Origin: Ruminococcus flavefaciens
Lineage (GTDB): Bacteria; Bacillota; Clostridia; Oscillospirales; Ruminococcaceae
Direction of reading: 5' to 3'
Length of the DNA: 64,000 nt
Assembly: GCA_002371825.1 (NCBI GenBank)
Contig: DFHF01000022.1
Span: forward strand, 5,101-69,100
Positions 1 through 8,847 of this stretch are shown here, in pieces. Within the stretch, counting starts at the first letter, position 1; every line of letters starts with the position of its first letter. A model generated the notes under the pieces. The model saw only the letters and a program-made list of their open reading frames with translations, made no database searches and was not told the DNA's origin. Made by a program: the position numbers and the translations under genes.

Positions 1-1
1 T

Positions 2-760
2 TCCCGCGGAGGCTCTCTCCTCTTTGCATGGATGATGATGACCGGCAATGAGAACCCCTTCTATGAGTACTATGACGAGGTACTTGATATCCTCCGTGAG
101 TATGATGTTACTATCTCTCTCGGAGATGCACTCCGCCCCGGATGTCTTGACGATGCTACTGACGGCGGTCAGATAGCTGAGCTCATCGAGCTGGGCGCTC
201 TCACTGAAAGAGCATGGGCTAAGGATGTTCAGGTAATGGTAGAGGGCCCCGGCCACATGGCTATGGACCAGATAGCTGCAAATATGAAGCTTCAGAAGCG
301 TATCTGCCATAATGCTCCGTTCTATGTTCTCGGACCTCTGGTTTCTGATATTTTCCCGGGCTACGACCACATCACATCTGCTATCGGCGGAGCTATCGCT
401 GCTGCAAGCGGTGCAGACTTCCTTTGCTATGTAACTCCTGCTGAGCACCTGAGACTGCCTGATGCTGATGACGTTAAGGAAGGTATCATTGCAAGCCGTA
501 TCGCTGCTCATGCTGCTGATATCGCAAAGGGCATCCCTCATGCTATGGACGCTGACAATGCTATGGCAAAGGCTCGTCATGAGCTTGACTGGGAAGAGAT
601 GTTCAAGATAGCTGTTGACCCTGAGAAGGCTCGCCGCTACTATGAGAGCACTCCTATCGCTGAGCGCCATACCTGCTCTATGTGCGGAAAGATGTGCGCT
701 GTTCGTACTACAAATATGATACTCAACGGTGAAAAGGTTGAGTTCTGCACAGAAAAATAA
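2..760 (+). CDS. thiC: Phosphomethylpyrimidine synthase ThiC, 5'-truncated by window edge
   Basis: Frame is open from base 2 ([11 protein letters not shown]). Contains [33 protein letters not shown] and the C-terminal CSMCGKMC Fe-S motif. Confidence 0.97.
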   Translation, partial: SRGGSLLFAWMMMTGNENPFYEYYDEVLDILREYDVTISLGDALRPGCLDDATDGGQIAELIELGALTERAWAKDVQVMVEGPGHMAMDQIAANMKLQKRICHNAPFYVLGPLVSDIFPGYDHITSAIGGAIAAASGADFLCYVTPAEHLRLPDADDVKEGIIASRIAAHAADIAKGIPHAMDADNAMAKARHELDWEEMFKIAVDPEKARRYYESTPIAERHTCSMCGKMCAVRTTNMILNGEKVEFCTEK

Positions 761-767
761 AAGAGAA

Positions 768-938
768 AACGCCGGAGGCGGCAAAAAAATGGGAGTCCAG
801 AGGGATGTTATTCCTCTGGCAGAGGGTGAACGAGGGGGACAGCGTCCCCCTGAGCAGCAGTCCGGACAGCAAAGCGTATCCGGACGGATGCCCTGCCTCA
901 CTCTCCCCCGGCTTGCCCGACAAAATAACTCCGGCGTT
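768..938. repeat. REP/MITE-like multi-hairpin element between thiC and thiH
   Basis: 10-bp inverted repeat aacgccggag (768-777) / ctccggcgtt (929-938) enclosing three GC-rich hairpins (797-819, 834-850, 860-885). Loops match those of the element at 34840-34885. Confidence 0.7.
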
Positions 939-966
939 ATTTATATTTTTTTAAGAAGGTATTTTA

Positions 967-2220
967 ATGGAAAACAATTACTTCGTCGATTCGGATAAGC
1001 TCTCTGCGGCTGCTCTCGAAAAAAAACACCGCCTTGAGAACGATCCCTCCTTCCGTACCGACCACATGGAGTATATGGAGGGTATGGAGCGTATCAGCTC
1101 CGACATCATGGACAAGGTAATGTCCGAAATGAACAGCTACGACTATAACTCCTATACCTATGCCGATGTAAGAGCTGCTCTCAGCCACGATCACTGTACT
1201 GTTGAGGATTTCAAGGCTCTGCTTTCACCTGCTGCTGAACCATTCCTGGAAAAAATGGCCGAGAAGGCCCGCCTGGAAACTCAGAAGCATTTCGGCAACA
1301 CGGTGTACCTGTTCACTCCGCTGTATATAGCTAATTACTGCGAGAATTACTGCGTTTACTGCGGCTTCAACTGCTATAACGACATCAAGCGCATGAAGCT
1401 GAATATGGAGCAGATAGAGCATGAGATGAAGGTCATCGCTGACAGCGGTATGGAGGAGATACTAATCCTTACAGGTGAGAGCCGTGCCCAGAGCAGTGTT
1501 CAGTACATCGGTGAGGCCTGCAAGCTGGCAAGAAAGTACTTCCGCATGGTGGGTGTAGAGATATACCCCGTAAATACTGACGAGTACAAATATCTCCATG
1601 AGTGCGGTGTTGACTATGTTACCGTGTTCCAGGAGACCTATGATCCTGACCGCTACGAGCAGCTTCACCTTATGGGACACAAGCGTGTATGGCCCTATCG
1701 CTTTGAGGCTCAGGAAAGAGCTCTTATGGGCGGTATGCGTGGAGTTGCAGGCTCAGCTCTGCTGGGACTTTCCGACTTCCGGAAGGATGCTCTCGCCAGT
1801 GCTCTGCATATGTACTATCTTCAGAGAAAATATCCCCATGCTGAGATATCTCTCTCATGTCCCAGACTTCGCCCCATTGTCAACAATGAGAAGATAAATC
1901 CTCTGGACGTTCACGAAAAACAGCTCTGTCAGGTGCTTTGCGCCTACAGGATATTCCTGCCCTTCTGCGGTATAACAGTTTCCTCCCGTGAGAGCGAGTC
2001 CTTCCGCAACGGCATCGTAAAGATCGCCGCAACCAAGGTATCTGCCGGAGTTTCAACCGGTATCGGAGACCACGAGAGCAAATACACCGGAAAGGAGAGC
2101 GGTGAGGCTGAGGGCGATGAGCAGTTCGAGATAAATGACGGACGCAGCTTCAGGAAGATGTACGAGGATATGTCCGATGAAGGACTTCAGCCCGTGCTCA
2201 ATGATTACCTCTATGTCTGA
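967..2220 (+). CDS. thiH: 2-iminoacetate synthase ThiH (radical SAM tyrosine lyase)
   Basis: LFTPLYIANYCENYCVYCGF CxxxCxxC motif, FQETY, SAGVSTGIG; located in a thiamine operon. Confidence 0.93.
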   Translation: MENNYFVDSDKLSAAALEKKHRLENDPSFRTDHMEYMEGMERISSDIMDKVMSEMNSYDYNSYTYADVRAALSHDHCTVEDFKALLSPAAEPFLEKMAEKARLETQKHFGNTVYLFTPLYIANYCENYCVYCGFNCYNDIKRMKLNMEQIEHEMKVIADSGMEEILILTGESRAQSSVQYIGEACKLARKYFRMVGVEIYPVNTDEYKYLHECGVDYVTVFQETYDPDRYEQLHLMGHKRVWPYRFEAQERALMGGMRGVAGSALLGLSDFRKDALASALHMYYLQRKYPHAEISLSCPRLRPIVNNEKINPLDVHEKQLCQVLCAYRIFLPFCGITVSSRESESFRNGIVKIAATKVSAGVSTGIGDHESKYTGKESGEAEGDEQFEINDGRSFRKMYEDMSDEGLQPVLNDYLYV

Positions 2221-2812
2221 TATCATCTGTATCTCAAACCGAAGCCTGTGCAGTGAGGACTTTATCAGCCGCATGAAAAAAATAGCGGAGGCTCATCCGA
2301 AAGCAGCTGTGCTCCGGGAGAAGGACCTGACCGAAAAAGAATATGCCCGGCTTGCTGAAAAGCTTATCCCTGTATTTGAAAGCTCCGGTACACCGCTTAT
2401 ACTCCATTATTTCTATGAGACCGCATTGTCTCTTGGTGCCGGTCGGATACACCTTCCGCTGCATATCCTGCGGGATATGCCTGAGGCGGCAAGAAGCAGG
2501 TTTGCTGTAAAAGGCTGCTCCTGTCACTCTCCTGAGGAGGCAGAAGAGGCTGAATCGCTTGGTGCTTCATATATAACTGCCGGCCATGTTTTTGCAACGG
2601 ACTGCAAAAAAGGTCTTCCGCCGAGAGGTCTGGATTTCCTTGAAGAGGTCTGCCGAAGGGTGAAAATACCGGTCTTTGCCATAGGAGGCATTTCCCCGGG
2701 TAATATAGCCTCGGTCCGTGAGGCTGGTGCTGCCGGAGGCTGTGTTATGAGCGGGCTTATGACCTGCAGCAGTCCATCAGAGCTTTTAGCCGCATTTGAA
2801 AAGGAGCAATAA
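2213..2812 (+). CDS. Thiamine phosphate synthase-like protein (TenI/ThiE paralog)
   Basis: VLREKDL, GCSCHS, YITAGHVFATDCKKG, PVFAIGGI. Start reassigned to the ATG at 2213, overlapping the thiH stop. Confidence 0.8.
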   Translation: MSDIICISNRSLCSEDFISRMKKIAEAHPKAAVLREKDLTEKEYARLAEKLIPVFESSGTPLILHYFYETALSLGAGRIHLPLHILRDMPEAARSRFAVKGCSCHSPEEAEEAESLGASYITAGHVFATDCKKGLPPRGLDFLEEVCRRVKIPVFAIGGISPGNIASVREAGAAGGCVMSGLMTCSSPSELLAAFEKEQ

Positions 2813-2813
2813 T

Positions 2814-3443
2814 ATGAAAATTACCAGAGAACAACTTAAACTCTACGCTATAACAGACGAAAAATGTACAGGAGACCGTGATCTGGCTCAGCTGGTAGAG
2901 GAGGCTATCCTCGGAGGTGCGACCTGTATCCAGCTGAGAGAGAAAAATGTCTCCGATGATGAGCTCGCTGAAAAGGCTGTAAAGCTGAAAAAAGTCTGCA
3001 ATGCCTGCGGAGTGCCGCTTATTATCAACGATAATTACGAGGTGGCTCTCAGGAGCGGTGCTGACGGAGTACACGTCGGTATAGAGGATGCTCCCGTCAG
3101 TGAGATAAGACGTATCGCCGGAAAGGACTTCATTATAGGTGCTACTGCCAAGACTGTAGAGCAGGCAAAAAGAGCTCAGGCAGAGGGCGCTGACTATATA
3201 GGTGTGGGAGCGGTATTTCCTTCGCCTACTAAGAAAAATGCTATACGAATAACTCAGGAGCAGCTCAGGGAGATATGCTCTTCAGTAGATATACCGGCTG
3301 TTGCCATTGGCGGCATAAGCCTTGAAAATGTTAAAGAGATCGGCGACTGCGGTCAGGCAGGCATTGCTGTTGTTTCGGCTGTATTTGCCGCTGATGATGT
3401 CCGCTCCGCCGCAGAAGCACTGAGAAAAAAGCTTGATGAGTGA
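2814..3443 (+). CDS. thiE: Thiamine phosphate synthase ThiE
   Basis: LYAITD, IQLREK, IINDN, ADGVHVG, GAVFPSPTK, AIGGI; RBS aaggag at 2801-2806. Confidence 0.93.
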   Translation: MKITREQLKLYAITDEKCTGDRDLAQLVEEAILGGATCIQLREKNVSDDELAEKAVKLKKVCNACGVPLIINDNYEVALRSGADGVHVGIEDAPVSEIRRIAGKDFIIGATAKTVEQAKRAQAEGADYIGVGAVFPSPTKKNAIRITQEQLREICSSVDIPAVAIGGISLENVKEIGDCGQAGIAVVSAVFAADDVRSAAEALRKKLDE

Positions 3444-3454
3444 GGAGGAGTTTT

Positions 3455-4114
3455 ATGTCCGGAAGAATTTCAGTAAAGGGTGAGGGGAAAGTCTCTCTCA
3501 GCCCGGATCAGATCATCATCGATCTTACCCTGCAGTCAAAAGACAAGGATTATTCCCGTGCCGCAGAACTTGCTGAAAAGCAGATCGGCAGCCTCAGAGA
3601 AGCTCTTAGCCGGACAGGTCTCGACTCCGACGACCTCAGGACCTCAGCATTTAATGTGAGGACTGAATATGAGGGGGTCCAGGACGAAAACGGCACCTAC
3701 AGAAATGTATTCAGCGGATATGTCTGTATCCATCAGCTGAAGCTCTCATTCCCTATGGATACCGGAAAGTTGGGAGAAGTACTGTCGGCTGTATCGTCTT
3801 CGGATACACAGCCGGAGCTCAATGTGTCATTCACACTCAGTGACCCGGAAGCTGCAAAGGAAGAGCTCCTTCGCAGTGCTGCGGAAAATGCCGGAAAGAA
3901 AGCCGGAATACTTGCTGCGGCATCAGGTGCTTCCCTGGGAAAGCTAATCGAGATACGGTATAACGTCAATGAACCTGATTTTATTTCACCTACATCCTAC
4001 GAGATGAACGACTGTCTCAGAGCCTGCGGCACAGGCTTTTCAAAGTCGATAAGCTTCAGGCCGGAGAATATCTCAGTAAGCGATACTGCCGTGTTTATCT
4101 GGGAACTCATATGA
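3455..4114 (+). CDS. SIMPL (DUF541) domain protein
   Basis: ISVKGEGKVSLSPD N-terminus and A..KA..LAAASGASLGKLIEI pattern typical of SIMPL; RBS gaggagg. Confidence 0.8.
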   Translation: MSGRISVKGEGKVSLSPDQIIIDLTLQSKDKDYSRAAELAEKQIGSLREALSRTGLDSDDLRTSAFNVRTEYEGVQDENGTYRNVFSGYVCIHQLKLSFPMDTGKLGEVLSAVSSSDTQPELNVSFTLSDPEAAKEELLRSAAENAGKKAGILAAASGASLGKLIEIRYNVNEPDFISPTSYEMNDCLRACGTGFSKSISFRPENISVSDTAVFIWELI

Positions 4115-4115
4115 C

Positions 4116-4148
4116 AAAAAACGGTACCCGCTGCGGTACCGTTTTTTT
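4116..4148. terminator. Intrinsic (likely bidirectional) terminator after the thi operon
   Basis: aaaaaacggtacc-cgctgc-ggtaccgtttttt. Confidence 0.85.
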
Positions 4149-4226
4149 GTCCCTTTTCAGCAGACTGTACGAATGTATAGGCAGTGGACAAATATAGTAC
4201 TATATCACACTATGGGAGGTGAAACG

Positions 4227-4784
4227 ATGACCGACACTGAATGGAGCCGTCTTATAGAGCTTTCTCCACGGCAGGCCTTCGGGCAGCTCGTGGATGAATT
4301 CGGCGGATATGTTTATACCATAGTCGTAAGCAAGATAGGCGGCTGTGCCGGACAGGAGGATATCGAGGACTGTGTCAGCGATATCTTTGTGGAGGTCTAC
4401 TCCTCGCTGGGAAAATTCTCTGCGGCTCAGGGAAGTTTAAAGGCGTTTATCGGGAGCATAGCAAAGCGCCGCTCCATTGATGCCTTCCGGAAACTCGCAC
4501 GCCGTGGGCTCACCACTGTTTCAGCAGATGAAGAAGAGACCGGACTGCCGCCCTCAGATTCCGATACCGCTGCGGAGGCGGAGGATGCTATTCTGAGGCA
4601 GAGACTATGGGATGAGGTCAGAGCGCTCAATGAGCCGGATAGGTCGATAATCGTTTATCAGTACTTCTATCGCATGGAATGTACAGATATAGCAGCCAAG
4701 CTGAAAATGACTGCTGCTGCGGTGAGAAAGAGAAGTCAGAGAGCAAGGAAGAAGCTTAAAGAAATACTGAGAGATGAGCTATGA
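4227..4784 (+). CDS. ECF-type RNA polymerase sigma factor
   Basis: Region 2 (EDIEDCVSDIFVEVY...LKAFIGSIAKRRSIDAFRK) and region 4 (DIAAKLKMTAAAVRKRSQRARKKLK); RBS ggaggtg; start at ATG 4227. Confidence 0.9.
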   Translation: MTDTEWSRLIELSPRQAFGQLVDEFGGYVYTIVVSKIGGCAGQEDIEDCVSDIFVEVYSSLGKFSAAQGSLKAFIGSIAKRRSIDAFRKLARRGLTTVSADEEETGLPPSDSDTAAEAEDAILRQRLWDEVRALNEPDRSIIVYQYFYRMECTDIAAKLKMTAAAVRKRSQRARKKLKEILRDEL

Positions 4785-4793
4785 GGTGATATT

Positions 4794-5828
4794 ATGAAAA
4801 AAGATTTTATGGATATGCTTAATGAGCCTGATGAGGCTGTTATGGAAGAGCTTGCGGAGAGCTCTCCGCTGCCGGACGGCAGGATGAAAAAGAGGATAGT
4901 TGAAAATTGTCTGAGAAAGACAGCTTCGGGGGCTGCTGATGAGGAGGATTATGCCGGAGGAACAGATGTCATCCGCCGTCTCCGCTGGACAGGTCTGGCA
5001 GCTGCGGCAGCCGCATTTGCTATAGTTATCGCAGGAGGTGCCGGTGTGGTGATGCTCGGCAGAAATATGAAAAATACTGCTCCTATGACTGTTGAGAGCA
5101 GCTCCGATACCATTACTGCTCCTGCAGCGGCTGCTATTGAGGAGCCTGCAACTACCCATGACCTTAAGAGCAGCGGCACAGAAGCTGACACTGCCGGAAC
5201 AAAGCTGACCGTTACTGCATATGTTGCCGGTGCGAATGAGACATCTACTGTTACTGTCAAAGGACAGGATGAGGTGACGGGCGAAGAGGATGACCAGTCC
5301 GGAAAAGCTACTGAGCCGGTCAACAGCGGCAGCCAGGAGACTGAAGCTTCCACTGAAAGTGAGAAGGAGCTTCAGTCCTCAGATGCTCCTGATCTTACAG
5401 AGCCGGATATACCGGTCGTCACATTTCCTGACGGCAGTCCACAAGCAGTTCATCTGCCAAACTACGGCGCTGTCCTTTCAGGGAACTGGAACAGTATCGG
5501 AGGTCATGGAAACAGATCATGGTCTTTCTATGCCGGAAAGGATAGCATAAATCCAGCTCACGGCGGAAAAGGCGAATGTTACCTGGACGGTGAACTCTAC
5601 GGAGAATTCAGCTACACCATCTTTGACGGAGAGATAACAATTACATGGACGTCAGGTGAATCAGCCTCCACTGAAATGAAAGGAACCATCTCCGGCATGG
5701 TCAACGGACGTCCTACAGACCCGTTTGATATAACATGGGAGACAGGCGAAACAGACTGCTTCAAATACGATCATAAGGATGAACTTGATAAAAAGGCTTA
5801 TGAACCGTATTTTGTTGAAGGGCGCTGA
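4794..5828 (+). CDS. Putative membrane-anchored anti-sigma factor with extracellular domain
   Basis: Directly downstream of the ECF sigma gene. ~60-aa cytoplasmic N-terminus, one TM helix (LAAAAAAFAIVIAGGAGVVML), S/T/E/P-rich linker, aromatic beta-rich C-terminal domain. Confidence 0.7.
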   Translation: MKKDFMDMLNEPDEAVMEELAESSPLPDGRMKKRIVENCLRKTASGAADEEDYAGGTDVIRRLRWTGLAAAAAAFAIVIAGGAGVVMLGRNMKNTAPMTVESSSDTITAPAAAAIEEPATTHDLKSSGTEADTAGTKLTVTAYVAGANETSTVTVKGQDEVTGEEDDQSGKATEPVNSGSQETEASTESEKELQSSDAPDLTEPDIPVVTFPDGSPQAVHLPNYGAVLSGNWNSIGGHGNRSWSFYAGKDSINPAHGGKGECYLDGELYGEFSYTIFDGEITITWTSGESASTEMKGTISGMVNGRPTDPFDITWETGETDCFKYDHKDELDKKAYEPYFVEGR

Positions 5829-5959
5829 AAACTGCCGTCTGTTGCAGAAATCCGAAAGTGTGACATTTTTCCCTGACAATATTTAATGATATTTAGCCGG
5901 CTAATTTGGCTATTTCCTCAAATTTCCGGCAAAGAATTTGCAAAATCCGCAAAAAACAG

Positions 5960-5988
5960 TTGAAGTTGAAAAAAATCTTTGCTATAAT
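5960..5988 (+). promoter_or_regulatory. SigA-type promoter of the cell-envelope operon
   Basis: TTGAAG-17-TATAAT, followed by a ~12-bp hairpin (gtgcatacat...atgtgtatgcac) at the 5' end of the transcript. Confidence 0.6.
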
Positions 5989-6132
5989 AATTGTGCATAC
6001 ATATGGATGTGTATGCACGATTTTTATTTTATCCGCATATGTCCGATCTGATCTTTTCAAATCAAGCGTAATATATTTTCAGACCACGCTTCATACATGA
6101 TCGGAATAAATACAAAGAAACAGGAGAAAACT

Positions 6133-8037
6133 ATGAAAGCTTACAACAAAATATTGCTCTGTACAGCTTTGACAGCTGTAGGAGCTGCAGCGGCTGTACC
6201 TGCTGCTGCACAGGCTGCGGAGACAGCTCCGGCTGCTTCGGGATATGTATGGGAATTAGATGAGGAAGGACGCATCTTCTGTCATGATCCCGACGGAACT
6301 CTCCTCACAGGAGAACAGCTCATTGATGGTCAGTACTATCTTTTCGCTGCAAACGGAGTTCAGAAAACAGGCTGGCGCACAGTAAACGGTCAGCGCTGCT
6401 ATTTTGATCCCGCTTCCGGAAATCCTGTTACCGGCTGGATAGACTACTGCGGTAAAAAATACTACGTTGATCCCTCCGCCGGAAAAGCTAAGGGTCTTAT
6501 TGAGGACGAAAGCAAGGGTGTATTCCTGACAGACGATTACGGCGCTGTCATGGAGGAAGAGGGCTTCGTCAGCTCCGATGACGGTCTTCTTTTCGTCAAT
6601 TCAGAGGGTAAGGTGCAGACAGAGGATTTCGAGTACAACGGCACTCCGTATCATGTGAATGAGGATAATACTGTAAAGACCGAATTCTATACAAGTGGAG
6701 ATGTATTATACTACATTAACGCTAACGGTACACCGGCACAGGGCCTCCTTGAACACAATGACATGGAATTCCTGCTGGACGAGCACGGTGCGGTACTCAC
6801 CGGCTTCCAGAATTACAACGGAAAGACATATTATGCCAACGACGGCGGTATCCTTCAGATAGGACTTATGAATATAAAAGACCAGATGTATTACTTCGGA
6901 GCAGACCGTGCTATGCTGACCGGTATGCAGAAGATAGGGGAGGATACCTACTTCTTCGGCAACGATGGTGCTGCTGTTACAGGTATGGTCAAGTCCGGTG
7001 ATGATACTTACTACTTCGGCAGCGATCACCTTATGATGACAGGTCTGGTCAATATCGACGGCAATATCTATTGCTTTGCTGAAAACGGCAAAATGGTAAA
7101 GGGCCGCCTGGTAATAAACGGCAGCAAGTACATCTTCGGTGAGGACGGAAAGGCTGTTACAGGCTGGTATACAAGTGAGGGAAAGAAGTATTACTTCAAT
7201 AATGACGGTAAAATGCATACAGGCTGGCTCAAATATGACGGCCACACCTTCTACTTCGACCCTTCTGACGGAGTTATGCACGATAACTGGACTTATATCG
7301 GCGATGACAAATATTTCTTCACCTATGATGGATATATGCTCACAGGCCGCCAGACTATCCGTGGAAATAAGTACTACATTGCAGCAGACGGAAAGGTACA
7401 GAAGGGACTTATAAAGCTTGATGACGGCACCTACTACTTCCGTGAGACTGACGGTGTAATGCAGACAGGCTGGCAGACTATTGCAGGAGTGCGCCGCTAC
7501 TTCGACACATCCACCGGAAAAATGGCTGTGAATACCCGTATAGACGGATATAATATCGATGCTAACGGAGTCGCAAAGCCCATGTCTTCAGTACAGAAGC
7601 AGGCTGCCTCTGTTATAAATACTATCGGAAAAGGCATTTCAACTATATATAACTACCTCTGTGCTTCCTGCAAGTACAAGCATACTGAGGATACAAAGTC
7701 ACTGGCAACTATACAGTCTATGGGCTGGTCATACTTTGCTGACTATGCTATGAAGAACAGATATATGGTATGCTACTATATGGCCGCTGTTACAGAGCTC
7801 TTCTATCAGGAGGCAGGCTATAAGACCCGTATCGTTTATGGTACAGGCCGTGGTACAGGTGACCACTACTGGAATCAGGTATATGTCAACGGCTCATGGC
7901 TCAATTACGATATATGCAACGGTTTCTACGGAGTTACCGACTCCTTCCTCAAGACTCCCAATAACTATGACAGCGCAGGAAGAAACACCGGTAACGGCTA
8001 TACATTCAGACAGTATATCTACCCAAGCTTTAACTAA
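6133..8037 (+). CDS. Secreted cell-wall/choline-binding repeat protein with C-terminal transglutaminase-like domain
   Basis: Signal peptide, many ~20-aa TGW...YYF..DG.M repeats, C-terminal Cys (MVCYYMA), His (DHYWNQV), Asp (NYDIC) pattern; RBS aggag at 6122. Confidence 0.8.
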   Translation: MKAYNKILLCTALTAVGAAAAVPAAAQAAETAPAASGYVWELDEEGRIFCHDPDGTLLTGEQLIDGQYYLFAANGVQKTGWRTVNGQRCYFDPASGNPVTGWIDYCGKKYYVDPSAGKAKGLIEDESKGVFLTDDYGAVMEEEGFVSSDDGLLFVNSEGKVQTEDFEYNGTPYHVNEDNTVKTEFYTSGDVLYYINANGTPAQGLLEHNDMEFLLDEHGAVLTGFQNYNGKTYYANDGGILQIGLMNIKDQMYYFGADRAMLTGMQKIGEDTYFFGNDGAAVTGMVKSGDDTYYFGSDHLMMTGLVNIDGNIYCFAENGKMVKGRLVINGSKYIFGEDGKAVTGWYTSEGKKYYFNNDGKMHTGWLKYDGHTFYFDPSDGVMHDNWTYIGDDKYFFTYDGYMLTGRQTIRGNKYYIAADGKVQKGLIKLDDGTYYFRETDGVMQTGWQTIAGVRRYFDTSTGKMAVNTRIDGYNIDANGVAKPMSSVQKQAASVINTIGKGISTIYNYLCASCKYKHTEDTKSLATIQSMGWSYFADYAMKNRYMVCYYMAAVTELFYQEAGYKTRIVYGTGRGTGDHYWNQVYVNGSWLNYDICNGFYGVTDSFLKTPNNYDSAGRNTGNGYTFRQYIYPSFN

Positions 8038-8057
8038 TTCTTTTGGAGGCATTTTTC

Positions 8058-8834
8058 ATGAACTTTAAGCTTACAGCTATTTGTACAGCAGCCGTACTCT
8101 GTGCGGCATCTGCTGTATCCTGCGGAAAGGATAAGGACAGCAGCAGCTCAGATGTTATCCTTGACATCAATACTACCACTTCTTCAACTGAGGCAACTTC
8201 TGAGTCGGAGGAGACTACCACTACAACTGCCCTTTCTTCAACTACAGGCAAGAAGGACGATAAGAAGACTACCACAACTACTGCAAAGAAGGATGAGACA
8301 GTTACCACAAAGGCTGCTGATGAAACTGAGGTAGTTACTGAAGTACCAAAGATAGATCCTGATGATGAACCTGATGTGCCTGCTGGTACACCTGCTGAGC
8401 CTCAGGATGATCCGGCTCCGCCAATAAACAATATCAGCAGCAGCACCGGAGAGACCTTCAGCACAGCTGATATCGATCAGCCTATCAGCGTGTTCATCTC
8501 AGAACTGGGCGGCTCATTCATGCAGAGTGAGGCTGAGGCTTGTATCCCGAAGGGTGACGCAGGAGATATATTATTCGTCTATGAATATCCTGATATAAAG
8601 TTCGAGTGTTATTCCAACGGCGGTATACAGTATGTCTATGACATCGTTATCACAGGCGGAGATCACTCCACTGACAAGGGCATTAAAGTCGGCTCATCAA
8701 GAGCTGAGGTAATGTCTGCTTACGGCAGTCTTGATGAATTCAACGGCGCTCTTATCGCTTCCGGCAGCAACAGTGAGATATACTTCGTCATGAGCGGAGA
8801 TACCGTTTCTGAGATACAGATAAACAGCTTATAA
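8058..8834 (+). CDS. Lipoprotein with Thr-rich linker, unknown function
   Basis: Lipobox-like ASAVSC, long T/S/K/E linker, small C-terminal domain (IKVGSSRAEVMSAYG). Confidence 0.75.
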   Translation: MNFKLTAICTAAVLCAASAVSCGKDKDSSSSDVILDINTTTSSTEATSESEETTTTTALSSTTGKKDDKKTTTTTAKKDETVTTKAADETEVVTEVPKIDPDDEPDVPAGTPAEPQDDPAPPINNISSSTGETFSTADIDQPISVFISELGGSFMQSEAEACIPKGDAGDILFVYEYPDIKFECYSNGGIQYVYDIVITGGDHSTDKGIKVGSSRAEVMSAYGSLDEFNGALIASGSNSEIYFVMSGDTVSEIQINSL

Positions 8835-8847
8835 AGGAGGAACTGTT

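Noticed and set aside
790-910. Possible TPP riboswitch between thiC and thiH
   Set aside because: Has ctgagc and GC stems but lacks the CUGAGA...ACCC...GAACCUG..GGAUAAUGCC.GCG core. It is better explained as the REP-like family shared with 34840-34885.
6250-7570. Periodic DNA similarity in the large secreted gene
   Set aside because: It reflects protein-level cell-wall-binding repeats, not a nucleotide array or DGR template/variable pair.
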